Shown: positions 36,905 through 48,220, counted from the stretch's first letter. The stretch is DNA of 64,000 bases from Ignavibacteriales bacterium (GCA_050259235.1 JBLNAG010000002.1:88893-152892), one strand, 5' to 3'. Notes: generated by a model not told the origin, from the letters alone. Numbers and translations: made by a program.

Positions 36905-38056
36905 TTATTTCATAAATGCTGTATTTAGAATATGAACTTTAACATCAACATCAACTTCTACTTCTAAAAAGATATTTCCCCAGTCTTTTTTTATTTTTTT
37001 CCACACTTTTGGATCATTCTTATAAACTAAATTTCCAAAGCTAAAAATATCTACCTTTAATTCCTTTTGTGCCTTTTCAATTAGTTTTTTTATATCCTTA
37101 GTAATTTTTTTCTCAGCCATTTTTTCCATTTTATCTACTTTTTTTGAATCAACCTCCTTATAATTTCCATTTTGTTCACCCAAAATTCCTTCCATTTTAA
37201 CTTTAACATTAAATTTATATTTATCATTATTATTGGAGAAATTTTTCATTGTTGAACTAGTAGCTATTTCAATTGAAACATCATCTTTTTTATCATTGTT
37301 CATATCTAGTGTTATTATTCCACCCTTAACATTGCCTTCAATAAATAAATAACTTTTACTTTCATTTGAAGTCAAATAATCAAATAGTTTATCTTTATTA
37401 AAAACAGCAATTCCATCAGATTCTATAACTTGTTTTTTATCATTTTCTATATTGTGAAATAATGGTAATACTAAAGACATCCCCTTACAATTAAGAGAAT
37501 TAAATACTTTATATAACTCAGAATCTTCAGTATTTGATACTACTGAATTATCTTTCTTTATTATTTTTTTCATCTCAAAGGCCGTTATAGGATTATCTAT
37601 TCCATTTTTTTCTAATAATTCTCTTGCTGTTTTCTCTTTTGAAATAACAAAACTTAATGTTTCACGTATTTCTTCTTCTCTTAGAAAAAAATCAATTACT
37701 GAATTAATTCCTTTTTCTCTAGCAATTTGATTACTAATTATTACTACTTGAACATTACTGAAGTATAATTTATTCATTACCTTTTTCTTACCATTTCTGA
37801 CAGCATCAAAAATAGTAGAACCGGCTGATTCTAAAATAGCTGTTCTTATCTCATTTTGCTGTCTAGATGAACTAGCAGAATTAATAACTTCAAAACTAAG
37901 TTTATATTCATCTTTTTTCTCATCCATATCAATAGCAATACCAGTCACAATTGTAATATCTTCTAATCCAACATAATCCCAACAACCAGTTGTCAGAAAA
38001 ATAAAGAATATTATTGTTAAACTCTTTATAAATTTAGTTACCATTATTAATATCAC
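36905..38056 (-). CDS. spore germination lipoprotein, GerA-family C subunit (second operon)
   Basis: LTTGCWDYVGLEDITIVTGIAIDMD lipobox/GerC signature. 383 aa. Confidence 0.7.
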   Translation of the reverse strand: MILIMVTKFIKSLTIIFFIFLTTGCWDYVGLEDITIVTGIAIDMDEKKDEYKLSFEVINSASSSRQQNEIRTAILESAGSTIFDAVRNGKKKVMNKLYFSNVQVVIISNQIAREKGINSVIDFFLREEEIRETLSFVISKEKTARELLEKNGIDNPITAFEMKKIIKKDNSVVSNTEDSELYKVFNSLNCKGMSLVLPLFHNIENDKKQVIESDGIAVFNKDKLFDYLTSNESKSYLFIEGNVKGGIITLDMNNDKKDDVSIEIATSSTMKNFSNNNDKYKFNVKVKMEGILGEQNGNYKEVDSKKVDKMEKMAEKKITKDIKKLIEKAQKELKVDIFSFGNLVYKNDPKVWKKIKKDWGNIFLEVEVDVDVKVHILNTAFMK

Positions 38057-39584
38057 CTAACGATTTCATGCGAGTTGTATTATTTGATAATATTTTCGGT
38101 CTTTTGAGCATATGCCACCATGGAGATCTAAATGCAATATCCTTATTTTCTTGATATTTAAATCCACCTTTTATATTTACTTGAGATATATCAAATGATT
38201 TTAAGTTAAGAATATGAATAAGTAAAATTGATATACCTATAATAAAACCAAATAATCCTAATGTACTAGCTAATAAAAATAAGAAAATGCGAGCATAAAT
38301 TATAGGTGAATTTAATTTTTGAACTAAAAGACTCGTAATCCCTGTAAAAGCAACAAGAATAATTACTGGTGCTGCTACTAATTTTGCTTCAACCGCTGCT
38401 TGACCAATAACAATAGCTCCTAATACACTAACTGATTGTCCAACATTCTGAGGTATTCTGGCTCCAGTTTCCCGTAATATATCAAAAACTATTAGCATAA
38501 TAGCTAATTCTAAAGCAGCTGGTAGAGGTACACTTTGCCTTTCTGCTGTAACCATTATTAATAATGGTGAAGGTAACATTTCTTGATGATAAGCAACAGT
38601 AGCAATATATAAAGCTGGCAATGTTACAGTTAATAAAAATCCAATAATACGAAGTATTCTAGTAAAAGAAGAAAAATAATATGTTAAGTAATAATCTTCC
38701 GCATTTTGAAAATTTTCAATAAATAAATATGGAATTGTATATACCATAGGTGTCCCATCAACCATAATAGCAATGCGTCCTTCTAAAATCTTAGCAACCA
38801 CTACATCTGGTTTTTCAGTATATCCAGTTGTTCTAAACGGTGATCTTCTATTTTCTCTAGTTAATTCAGATATATAATTAGTATCAAGAATACCATCAAT
38901 TTCTATTTTACTTATGCGCTTATATAATTCATCTAAAACATCTTTGTTTACTACACTTTCAACATAACAAATACATACTTTAGTATTAGTTTTTTCACCA
39001 ATAGTTAAATATTTTATTTTTAAATCATTTGTCCTTAAACGTCTACGAATTAATGATAAATTTTTTAACAATGCCTCATTAAAACCCTCACGTGGCCCAA
39101 TTAAATTTTTTTCACTCTCAGGTTCAGTCATTGATCTTAAATTAAATTGTTTAGTATTTAAGATAAGTACTTTATCAGCACCATCAATGAATAAAACAGT
39201 ATCTCCATACGTTACATTTTCTATAATATCTTTTACTTTATCTGTTATTTTTACATCATCTATTAATAAAACATGTTGCGCTAGGTTATATACAATATTT
39301 TCATCACTAGGATCATACTGTGAAAGCATTAAAGGCTTAATTATATTTTCATTTATCACAATAGAATTAACCATACCATCACAGTAAATCAAACAGTAAT
39401 TAAGACTATCACTGTTATTGTTCTCAAGATATCTTGTTTTGAAATTATCATCGTTCTTAAATAATTCCTTCATATACAAAATATTATCTTCTAAAGATTT
39501 AGAGATAGTTTTTTTTATGTAATTATCATTGAGATGTTCAATTTTATTATTAATGATTGAATTTTTATTGTTTTTTTTGATCAT
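38034..39584 (-). CDS. spore germination protein, GerA-family A subunit (second operon)
   Basis: 516 aa. ILDTNYISELTRENRRSPFRTTGYTEKPDVVVAKILEGRIAIMVDGTP motif block. C-terminal TMs. Confidence 0.8.
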   Translation of the reverse strand: MIKKNNKNSIINNKIEHLNDNYIKKTISKSLEDNILYMKELFKNDDNFKTRYLENNNSDSLNYCLIYCDGMVNSIVINENIIKPLMLSQYDPSDENIVYNLAQHVLLIDDVKITDKVKDIIENVTYGDTVLFIDGADKVLILNTKQFNLRSMTEPESEKNLIGPREGFNEALLKNLSLIRRRLRTNDLKIKYLTIGEKTNTKVCICYVESVVNKDVLDELYKRISKIEIDGILDTNYISELTRENRRSPFRTTGYTEKPDVVVAKILEGRIAIMVDGTPMVYTIPYLFIENFQNAEDYYLTYYFSSFTRILRIIGFLLTVTLPALYIATVAYHQEMLPSPLLIMVTAERQSVPLPAALELAIMLIVFDILRETGARIPQNVGQSVSVLGAIVIGQAAVEAKLVAAPVIILVAFTGITSLLVQKLNSPIIYARIFLFLLASTLGLFGFIIGISILLIHILNLKSFDISQVNIKGGFKYQENKDIAFRSPWWHMLKRPKILSNNTTRMKSLGDINNGN

Positions 39585-39656
39585 AAAACACCTCCTAAAA
39601 AACTAGTCTTTTTAATATTATCTGTTAAATAGTGGAAATTATACTAATCTAATACC

Positions 39657-39684
39657 ACAAAAAAAACCTAAATATACTTAGGTT
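39657..39684 (-). terminator. rho-independent terminator after rluD-like gene
   Basis: aacctaa-atatac-ttaggtt hairpin adjacent to the stop at 39687. An A8 run on the plus strand gives a U-run on the minus transcript. Confidence 0.5.
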
Positions 39685-39686
39685 TT

Positions 39687-40559
39687 TTATTTAACAAGCT
39701 TATTAAAACTATCTGGTATAGGCACTTCAAAATGCATTACTTTTTTAGATATAGGATGTTTGAATTCTAATACATTAGCATGTAATCCAAGTCTTTTTAA
39801 AGGATCACTCTTAGAACCATACTTTTTATCTCCTATAACACTATGTCCTAAATCTTTCATATGAACACGTATTTGATTTTTACGCCCTGTATCTAATCTT
39901 ATATCAACTAAAGAATATTTATCATTAGTTCTTAAAACTTGATAATGAGTAATGGCTAAATCCCCATCATGAGGTCTATTTGAGGAGTAAACCATCTTAG
40001 CTTTATTTTCTTTTAGCCATGATTTAATTGTACCATTTGCTTTATCAAATTGTCCTTCAACAATTGCCACATACCCTCTTATAGTTACAATATCATTCCA
40101 ATTATCTTGAAGCATATTTTTAATCTTTTCATTTTTTGCAAATACTAATATCCCTGATGTATCACGGTCTAAACGATGAACAACAAAAATATGTCCTTTA
40201 GGATTTCGAATTCTAATATGTTCTCTTACTAGATGATATGCTGTATTAGTGGATTCTTTATCAGTAGCAATAGATAACAACCCATCAGGTTTATCAACTA
40301 CTACTAAATCATTATCTTCATAAATAATGGATATTGTATTTTTATAGTTCTTTAATATTTGTCTTATTTCAATAATTTGCCCTTTACGTAACTTATAATC
40401 AAATTTAGTTATAGGTTTATTATCTACAAAAACACTTCCTCTACTTAGAATTGACTTAATATTATTTTTAGATTTGTTTTTTAAATGAGTCAATAAATAA
40501 TCTAGTAGTAATGAATCTTGTTCAACATTTAATATTTCTGCTCTTCCTCTTTCTTCCAT
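39687..40559 (-). CDS. RluA-family 23S rRNA pseudouridine synthase (RluD/RluC-like) with S4 domain
   Basis: 290 aa. N-terminal S4-like region. Catalytic HRLDRDTSGILVFAKNE motif. Confidence 0.8.
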   Translation of the reverse strand: MEERGRAEILNVEQDSLLLDYLLTHLKNKSKNNIKSILSRGSVFVDNKPITKFDYKLRKGQIIEIRQILKNYKNTISIIYEDNDLVVVDKPDGLLSIATDKESTNTAYHLVREHIRIRNPKGHIFVVHRLDRDTSGILVFAKNEKIKNMLQDNWNDIVTIRGYVAIVEGQFDKANGTIKSWLKENKAKMVYSSNRPHDGDLAITHYQVLRTNDKYSLVDIRLDTGRKNQIRVHMKDLGHSVIGDKKYGSKSDPLKRLGLHANVLEFKHPISKKVMHFEVPIPDSFNKLVK

Positions 40560-41437
40560 TCTCTATTACCTTTTTTCTTAATATAAGAAAAACCTTTCAT
40601 TTCTTTCGTAAGTTCTTCAGATAGTATAACATCACATACTTTACTAACAGGCCCGATTAAATAAATGTTATCATCAGGCATCATTTCAACCTTTAATTCA
40701 CCACCTGGCATATGGACAATTACTTTACTGTCAATTAAATCTAGTTTACGTGCGACCACTGCTGCTGCACAACTACTTGTTCCTGAAGCTAAAGTATATC
40801 CAGCCCCACGTTCATATATCTCAATCTGTATATTACTTCTGTCAATTACTTTCATAAACTGTACATTAATGCGTCTAGGAAAGTGTCCATCAATTTCAAT
40901 AATTGGTCCTAACTCTTTAGCAATATCACTAGAGATTTCTTCCATAAGAAGAACACAATGAGGATTACCAACTGATACACATGACACTTTATATTCATGA
41001 CCATTAAATATCATCATTTCATTTACTACTTCCCTTTTAGAACCAGTCACAGGGATAGTATCACTCATAAATGAAGCCTTACCAATTAGGACTTTAATTA
41101 AATTATCTCTTAAGTAATCTATTTCTACTCTTCCACCTAATGTTTCTACCGTGACTGTTCCATCTTTAACGTATCCTTCATCTAATAGATATCTTGCAAA
41201 TATTCTAACCCCATTACCGCTTTTTTCAGCTTCACTACCATCAGGATTATATATTTTTAATTTTATTTTATCATCTTCAAAGATTGGTCCATATAAGATA
41301 CCATCTGATCCTACTCCATAATGACGATCACATAATAGCTTTACGTTATCCTCTGTTAGTAATAAATCATTTTCATTATAATCTAATACTATATAATCAT
41401 TTCCAAGCCCATGATATTTAGACACTTTATAACTCAT
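40529..41437 (-). CDS. dapF: diaminopimelate epimerase
   Basis: YHGLGNDYIVLD..., GNPHCV and SGTSSCAAAV (two catalytic Cys motifs). Confidence 0.85.
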   Translation of the reverse strand: MSYKVSKYHGLGNDYIVLDYNENDLLLTEDNVKLLCDRHYGVGSDGILYGPIFEDDKIKLKIYNPDGSEAEKSGNGVRIFARYLLDEGYVKDGTVTVETLGGRVEIDYLRDNLIKVLIGKASFMSDTIPVTGSKREVVNEMMIFNGHEYKVSCVSVGNPHCVLLMEEISSDIAKELGPIIEIDGHFPRRINVQFMKVIDRSNIQIEIYERGAGYTLASGTSSCAAAVVARKLDLIDSKVIVHMPGGELKVEMMPDDNIYLIGPVSKVCDVILSEELTKEMKGFSYIKKKGNREWKKEEEQKY

Positions 41438-41496
41438 ATTTTCACTCCTATATTATAAATATATTGGAGTTTTAATATTTAGATTACCTTTACTTT

Positions 41497-43764
41497 TTAA
41501 TTTTTATTATCTATAGATATTCTTTTTAGAATACTTATACATTCATCATAAGTTTCATCAACAAAATTCAATCTAATATTCTTAATTCCTATATTAATTA
41601 ACTTATTAATTTCATTAATCATATTTAATTTATCATAATTATAGATAGTTGTTAAACACTTATGACTACTTATTAAATAATCATTACTAAATTTATCTCT
41701 TAAATAGTATCTATTATCTCTTTTACATATATTACATACTTTGTCTTGATTAATATATAAATTAAGTGGACAATACTTAGTAACCATTGCTTCAATCCTA
41801 CCATAAACAATCACTTCAAGATTAGGATTGATTTTATATAACTTACTATAATTTTTTATTAAATTCTTTATTTTATCTATATTTATTTCATGAGATAAAG
41901 TAATTGTTTGAGCACCCATCATATGTAAAAATCCCACACTATAAGCATTAACTGTATTAAATGAAAAATCAGTTATGACACTTTTCTTAAGTGATCCTAA
42001 TTCTCCTACTAGAGAATTATCCAGTATTTCTTCATTATTTAATACTCGCGGATAAGCTAGATGAACAGTTTCATTTTCTTTATATTTTTCGTATTGTTTA
42101 TAATCATCAATATATATATCATCAATACCAAAATCAATGCATGCTTGATATTGTTCTTCATTTTTAACTCTAGCTTTAATCTTTATTTTGTCTTGTATAC
42201 TATTTTTTACTTCAACATTATAACTTTCAATATTAATATTTCTATCTACCTTTATTCGTTCATCAGATAATTTATCCAATACTTCTCTTCTTAACTCATT
42301 AATGACCGATACTGGAATAAATATATTATCATCACCTATAATATCAATATTATCAAATGTATATGGTGTATTTCCTGTTTTACATAACTGCTTAATCATT
42401 TCTTCTTTAGTAGTTGGTTTGGTTTTTGACCCTTCGATCATTACTTTACTAGAAGTAGATACAGTATGAATTCCATCATTTACTTCTAAAACTAATAGTT
42501 TATCTTTATAAGCATATAAAGTACCTCTAATATCTACTTTTCTTGAGTTATCAAATTCACTTAATTCCTCTAATTGTTTGATGTCTGTTGTTTTAACAAC
42601 TTCATCACCTATTTTAACATTACCTTTTAATTCTAATTCAATAGTACTATTTTTAGAAGCATTGCTTACTAATTTACCATTTTGATATAACTTATTAACA
42701 ATAAAACCTTCATCTTTACTTGAAATAATTCTTATACCATCACCTTGATTTAAAGAATAATCTAATTTGATAGTCATAAACTTCTTATCAACTTTTATTA
42801 TTTCTCCAAGATGTATTCCCATATGATTAGGTCTTAAAGGATTCATTAATTCTTCATTAGTAGCATTAAATAAATGCCCTTTAGTGAATTCTCGATTGAA
42901 TATCTTTTTCATATCTATTATAATTTCATCTGTTACTACAAATTCTTCATTGTTATAGTAAGCATCAATAGCCATACGATATAGTCTTGTAATAAGCCCC
43001 ACATATTCGGGTCTTTTCATACGTCCTTCTATTTTTAGACTAGAAATGCCACTTTCAATAAATTCCTTTATATGATCTAAGGTATTTAAATCTTGGGTAC
43101 TAAGTAAATAGTTTCCTTTAGTATTAATCCTTTTTTTATTACCATTTTCTTCACTTATTAACTCATATTGTAAACGACAGGTACCAGCACATTCTCCTCT
43201 ATTACCACTTCGTCCACCAATCAAATAGCTCATAAGACATTGACCTGAATAGGAAATACATAAAGCCCCATGACAAAATATCTCTATTTCCATATTAGCA
43301 TTATCTTTTATTTTTTTTATTTCATTAAGACTTAATTCCCTTGCTAAAACAACTCTTTTAACACCCATTTCTTCTAAGTACTTAACTCCTCTTAAATTAT
43401 GAATATGAGCTTGTGTGCTAGCATGTATTTCGAAATTGGGAAGTATTGCTCTTATTAAATGTATCATTCCTAAGTCTTGCATAATAATAGCATCAATACC
43501 GTGTTCATATAAGAATTTAACATATTTAACAAACTCATCAACTTCATCATCATAGATAATAGTATTCATTGTTACATATATTTTAACCCCATATAGATGA
43601 GCATAATTAACAGCATTAATCATTTCTTCATCATCAAAATTATTAGAAAAAGCCCTTGCACCAAATCTTTTTCCACCTAGATAAACTGCATCTGCTCCAT
43701 TCATAATAGCTGCTTTTAGGGCTTCAAAATTTCCAGCCGGACTTAATAATTCTATTTTCTTCAT
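41497..43764 (-). CDS. U32-family peptidase (collagenase-like PrtC-type), long form
   Basis: MKKIELLSPAGNFEALKAAIMNGADAVYLGGKRFGARAF is the canonical U32 N-terminus. 755 aa. Confidence 0.8.
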   Translation of the reverse strand: MKKIELLSPAGNFEALKAAIMNGADAVYLGGKRFGARAFSNNFDDEEMINAVNYAHLYGVKIYVTMNTIIYDDEVDEFVKYVKFLYEHGIDAIIMQDLGMIHLIRAILPNFEIHASTQAHIHNLRGVKYLEEMGVKRVVLARELSLNEIKKIKDNANMEIEIFCHGALCISYSGQCLMSYLIGGRSGNRGECAGTCRLQYELISEENGNKKRINTKGNYLLSTQDLNTLDHIKEFIESGISSLKIEGRMKRPEYVGLITRLYRMAIDAYYNNEEFVVTDEIIIDMKKIFNREFTKGHLFNATNEELMNPLRPNHMGIHLGEIIKVDKKFMTIKLDYSLNQGDGIRIISSKDEGFIVNKLYQNGKLVSNASKNSTIELELKGNVKIGDEVVKTTDIKQLEELSEFDNSRKVDIRGTLYAYKDKLLVLEVNDGIHTVSTSSKVMIEGSKTKPTTKEEMIKQLCKTGNTPYTFDNIDIIGDDNIFIPVSVINELRREVLDKLSDERIKVDRNINIESYNVEVKNSIQDKIKIKARVKNEEQYQACIDFGIDDIYIDDYKQYEKYKENETVHLAYPRVLNNEEILDNSLVGELGSLKKSVITDFSFNTVNAYSVGFLHMMGAQTITLSHEINIDKIKNLIKNYSKLYKINPNLEVIVYGRIEAMVTKYCPLNLYINQDKVCNICKRDNRYYLRDKFSNDYLISSHKCLTTIYNYDKLNMINEINKLINIGIKNIRLNFVDETYDECISILKRISIDNKN

Positions 43765-43795
43765 ATTTCACCTACCATTACATTAAAAAGTCTTT

Positions 43796-44725
43796 TTATT
43801 CTTGTTTTGTTTTTTCTTCTTCTGGCTTACTACTTAAAAACAAATCTATTTTTTTGTTTTGATAAGCTAAAATTATTTGATTCCACAAACTATCTTCAAC
43901 ATATCTTGCTTTTCTTGGATTAACTAAATATCTAGTATATAATTCAACATGATCAGCAATTATCTTAGTATATATAATTGGCTCTAAATTGTTGAAATAA
44001 ATATGATAATTTAAACTAATGCCACCCATTTGACTTTTCATTTTTTTAGGTACTTTTTTTAATATTTCATTAGTTTTAACAATTTCATAAATTTCCTTCT
44101 TAATGCTTTCAACATCTGCAGTTATTGGTACTTTTATTGTTATTTCATTCCATATATACTTAAACTCTTTCATGTAATTTTTTAAAGGCATAGTAAGAAC
44201 ATATGAATTTGGAAAACTTACAATAATACCACTGCTTTGTTCACCATTAATTCTGTCTCCCACTTCTATTACTTCAAAATTTAGTGGATTCATACTTACA
44301 ATATCCCCTTTAATACCATCTACTTCAATTCTGTCCTCAATAGTAAAAGGCTTTTTAATTCGAATATATATTCCCGCAAAATAATTGAAAATTATTTCTC
44401 TTAAAGCAATTGTAACCCCAGCTGATGCAAAACTAATGACAGTTACAATACTACTAAAATGTCCTTCCCAAATAATAAATAATGCAATAATACTAATAGT
44501 ATTTAAAATTATTTTAGTTTTATAGTTATATTCATATCTTTCTCTAGTATTCTCTTTATTAGAAATATAATATTTTGCTAATGCTCTTTTTATTAAAGAT
44601 ACAAGAATAAGTGTCAATATAGATAAAAGTATTAAATATGTATATTCACTTTTACTAACACTTCTTGCTAAATTAGCAATTACTTCTCCAATCTCATTTA
44701 TAATGATCATAAATAACACCTCCAA
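43796..44725 (-). CDS. MscS-family mechanosensitive channel
   Basis: 309 aa. 3 N-terminal TM then the beta-domain IKKPFTIEDRIEVDGIKGDIVSMNPLNFEVIE. Confidence 0.65.
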   Translation of the reverse strand: MEVLFMIIINEIGEVIANLARSVSKSEYTYLILLSILTLILVSLIKRALAKYYISNKENTRERYEYNYKTKIILNTISIIALFIIWEGHFSSIVTVISFASAGVTIALREIIFNYFAGIYIRIKKPFTIEDRIEVDGIKGDIVSMNPLNFEVIEVGDRINGEQSSGIIVSFPNSYVLTMPLKNYMKEFKYIWNEITIKVPITADVESIKKEIYEIVKTNEILKKVPKKMKSQMGGISLNYHIYFNNLEPIIYTKIIADHVELYTRYLVNPRKARYVEDSLWNQIILAYQNKKIDLFLSSKPEEEKTKQE

Positions 44726-44867
44726 AATATAATATTATTTTTTAAAAAACCTATTTTAACATAATTGCCCACATAATATCAACTAAATAATCACATTAAT
44801 AGTATTATTTTAAATAAATATATAATTCATTAGATTCATAAATTAATTAATTTTTACATGTTAATTT

Positions 44868-45755
44868 TTATTTTTTAGCAAAGATTTTTGCATATGGTAC
44901 TCCCTCAAATTTTTTAATTAAACTTTGAAAATTATCCACATACTTCTTTATTTTCTCTTCATTTTTTGAAATAACAAGATGAGGTTTTCGTTTACCTATT
45001 ATAATTAAAGTAGGTATATCACTTTTACCTGTTTCATTGTCATATCCCATATATTCGCTTGCCGATTTTAGTGCAAATCCCTTTATCTTAGGAAAATTTG
45101 CCACAATCCACGCAACTTGTTCTGTCGAATACAAATTAGTTGGAAAATCAAATTCCTCTAAATATTTCATATCTGATATAAATGATAAATCATCGTCTTC
45201 AATTTTCTTACCAAAAAAAGATAAATATTTGATTTTTGTCCCTTTGAAATATTTAAATGAATCAACTACGCTTGTACTCCAGATAGCATCTCCAATCCCA
45301 AACCATTCTAAATTTGGTGCTTTTTCAATTCCTGCCAAAGTTTTCAACCTAGTAAAGTCTGAAATCATTAACCCTTTTAATGATATATTTTTGCTCATAT
45401 CCCACAATGAATCTATTTTTTGGTTATGAAAGAAATATACAAATTCTAGTTGTGGCAAATTTCCAAGCAAAGACCAGTCGCTCACAAGTTTGTTCTTAAA
45501 AAATCGAACTGCACGTAGTTGTTTTCCATAAGTATTTATAAAATATTCAAATGTGTCTTGATTTAATCCTGATATGGTTAATGTTCCAACTTCCGGAAAT
45601 TTTTTTAATTTGTCAATGTCATCTTTTGATATCCTGCCGCCACCTATATCCATTTCTTCCTGACGAAGCCACAATCCACAATGTTCTTTCGTTTTTTCTG
45701 AATAATCCCACGAACCATAGATAAAATCTTTAAAATTACTCATAGTTATTTTCAA
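44868..45755 (-). CDS. hypothetical cytoplasmic protein (possible leucine-rich-repeat-like)
   Basis: 295 aa with no TM. Periodic L/F-rich segments. Confidence 0.3.
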   Translation of the reverse strand: MKITMSNFKDFIYGSWDYSEKTKEHCGLWLRQEEMDIGGGRISKDDIDKLKKFPEVGTLTISGLNQDTFEYFINTYGKQLRAVRFFKNKLVSDWSLLGNLPQLEFVYFFHNQKIDSLWDMSKNISLKGLMISDFTRLKTLAGIEKAPNLEWFGIGDAIWSTSVVDSFKYFKGTKIKYLSFFGKKIEDDDLSFISDMKYLEEFDFPTNLYSTEQVAWIVANFPKIKGFALKSASEYMGYDNETGKSDIPTLIIIGKRKPHLVISKNEEKIKKYVDNFQSLIKKFEGVPYAKIFAKK

Positions 45756-45811
45756 TTGTTATCACTCCCAAATTTTTCATATTAATAATAAATTGTCTAA
45801 ATTACTTTTTG

Positions 45812-46588
45812 TTATTTACAATATTCTTCATAAAATGCATTTTCTGCCATTGTAGTATCGAAATTAATATCTTTTTTATATTTATTTAGTATAACTTCTA
45901 GATTGGCAGAATACATACCTAATGTCAAACTTTTGTTATCAATAAATTTAATAATCACACTGTAAGAATTTGCACCATCACTATCATTTGTCTTAACAGA
46001 AATTTCCTTAATTTCATTATATTCATATTTTACTTCGGTAAAAGAAAAATATCTAGATACTATTATTTGGTCATCGGTGGCATATAAATAATTACCTATT
46101 CCCAAAACATAAAATGGGAAACAAATAACAAATACTATTGAAATAAAAATTGAAGCTTCCTTATCTGTTGTATTATCTTTTGCATTGTTTACATCTAAAT
46201 TATAATTTTTCTTTAAGTTTTTAATTCTTAATTTTTCTAAAACACTATCAATATCATATTTCTTAAGTATAATGTTATTAATCATCATCATTATACAAAA
46301 TGACGGGAACATTACTGAACCAAGCATACCCATAATGGAAGATTCTAATATTAATCTATATCCACTTTTAATAAAAATAATTTTTTGAAGTAATAATCCA
46401 ATTTGAATAAATCCAAAATAAAGAGCAATAAATGGGATAATTGTCATGAATACGATTATAGTATTAATTACTAATTCACTTTTTATTTTTACTTGTTTTT
46501 TATTTTCATATTTTACCCAAGATGGCAACCATAAAAACACCGCTGCACTTATCATTATAATTAATAGAAATGATATAATATAAAACAT
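45812..46588 (-). CDS. hypothetical membrane protein
   Basis: 258 aa with 4-5 TM helices and a cytoplasmic C-terminal domain. Confidence 0.3.
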   Translation of the reverse strand: MFYIISFLLIIMISAAVFLWLPSWVKYENKKQVKIKSELVINTIIVFMTIIPFIALYFGFIQIGLLLQKIIFIKSGYRLILESSIMGMLGSVMFPSFCIMMMINNIILKKYDIDSVLEKLRIKNLKKNYNLDVNNAKDNTTDKEASIFISIVFVICFPFYVLGIGNYLYATDDQIIVSRYFSFTEVKYEYNEIKEISVKTNDSDGANSYSVIIKFIDNKSLTLGMYSANLEVILNKYKKDINFDTTMAENAFYEEYCK

Positions 46589-46599
46589 ATTTTATCTCC

Positions 46600-47802
46600 T
46601 TATTTATTCAAAGTAAGTAAAGTGACACTTTCAACATGATAAGTTTGAGGAAACATATCTACTGGAGTAATATCAACGATATTATAATTTTCTTTAAATA
46701 TATTTAAGTCTCTAGCTAAAGTCATAGGATCACATGATACATAAATTACTTTTGATGGTTTTAGTTCAATAATTGATTCTATAACACTTTTATTCAATCC
46801 TACTCTAGGTGGATCGACAATAACTATATCTGGTTTAAAATAAATATCGCTTATTTTATCTTTACTATCTCCTAATAAAAATTTTATATTATTTTTATTA
46901 TTTAATTTTTTATTTTCATTAGCATCATCAATAGCTTCAGAAACATTATCTATTCCTAATACTTCTTTACAATAATCACTAATATATAGTCCTATTGTTC
47001 CTGTTCCACAATATAAGTCTAGCACTTTTTCATTTCCACTAAGATCACAATATCTCAATACTTTTTGATATAAGTTAATTGTTTGTTTAGTATTTACTTG
47101 AAAGAATGAATTAGCAGAAATTTTAAAAGTTAAATTCCCAAGTTTTTCTGTTATATAACCATCACCATAGATAACTTCATCATTGATTATAATAGTATCA
47201 ACATAATCAGAAAGTCTATATAAAACATCTTCTCTATCAATATCTTCACAATAAAAGACTACCATTATTTTATTACTACATCTAACAACTATCTTGTCCA
47301 CTTTACTTAAATCTAATTTATTCAAATATGGAATGATATTATTTATTTTTTCATTAGTAATATAGCACTTTTCAATAGGTACAACCACATAACTTTTTTC
47401 TTTATAAAAACCTACTTTTTTATACACTTGAAAAGTAACTTTATTACGGTAGTAATAAATATTTTCACTAGGAATAATAGTTCTTACAACATTATCTAAT
47501 CTAGTATATTTATTAATTATATTTTTTACTTTATCTTCTTTAAATTCACATTGCTTTTCATATTTTAAGTGTAACAAATCACATCCTCCACAATTATTAA
47601 AATATGGACATATAGGATTAATTCGATGTTCACTTTGTTTTATATAATCAATCACTTTACCCTCTAAAAATTTACTCTTTTGTTTTAATATATCTACATC
47701 AACAACTTCATCAACTAAAGTATTTGGAATAAAGATAATCTTATTATCTATCTTTCCAATACCTCTACCTTGATGATCTAAATTATTTATTGTTACTTTC
47801 AT
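46600..47802 (-). CDS. rlmD: 23S rRNA (uracil-5-)-methyltransferase, RumA/RlmD family
   Basis: TRAM domain N-terminus. Cys cluster CPYFNNCGGCDLLH. SAM motif DLYCGTGTIGL, DPPRVG and catalytic Cys VYVSCDP. Confidence 0.8.
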   Translation of the reverse strand: MKVTINNLDHQGRGIGKIDNKIIFIPNTLVDEVVDVDILKQKSKFLEGKVIDYIKQSEHRINPICPYFNNCGGCDLLHLKYEKQCEFKEDKVKNIINKYTRLDNVVRTIIPSENIYYYRNKVTFQVYKKVGFYKEKSYVVVPIEKCYITNEKINNIIPYLNKLDLSKVDKIVVRCSNKIMVVFYCEDIDREDVLYRLSDYVDTIIINDEVIYGDGYITEKLGNLTFKISANSFFQVNTKQTINLYQKVLRYCDLSGNEKVLDLYCGTGTIGLYISDYCKEVLGIDNVSEAIDDANENKKLNNKNNIKFLLGDSKDKISDIYFKPDIVIVDPPRVGLNKSVIESIIELKPSKVIYVSCDPMTLARDLNIFKENYNIVDITPVDMFPQTYHVESVTLLTLNK

Positions 47803-47815
47803 ATAATCACCTATA

Positions 47816-48175
47816 TTACATTTCTTTTATTGTTAATTCATTATTCATAGCACGTCTATGAATACTCGCAAATTCTTGAATGGACTTATATAATAAAATA
47901 ATAGCCTTATCATATTGTCCTTTTTTTGCTAAAAAATCAGCTAAACTAACAAGACCTGATAATTCTATTCCCTTACCTACGAAGTATTCTGAACCAGCGG
48001 CCATCGTTATATAACTAGAAAATAATTCATCAAATCTAATTAATAGATTAAAAAGTTCTACTCCATCAATATCACTTTGCATTTTGTTAAAATTTTCTTC
48101 TCCAAATGTTTTAATAACAAATTCAGGAATTTCATACGAAGTACCACCTATTATTAAAGAATATATCTTATCCAT
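47816..48175 (-). CDS. hypothetical protein
   Basis: 119 aa ORF with no recognisable motifs. Appears co-transcribed with rlmD. Confidence 0.3.
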   Translation of the reverse strand: MDKIYSLIIGGTSYEIPEFVIKTFGEENFNKMQSDIDGVELFNLLIRFDELFSSYITMAAGSEYFVGKGIELSGLVSLADFLAKKGQYDKAIILLYKSIQEFASIHRRAMNNELTIKEM

Positions 48176-48220
48176 CTTATCACCTATTAAAATTATACCA
48201 TAAAAAAAGCACCTAGATGC

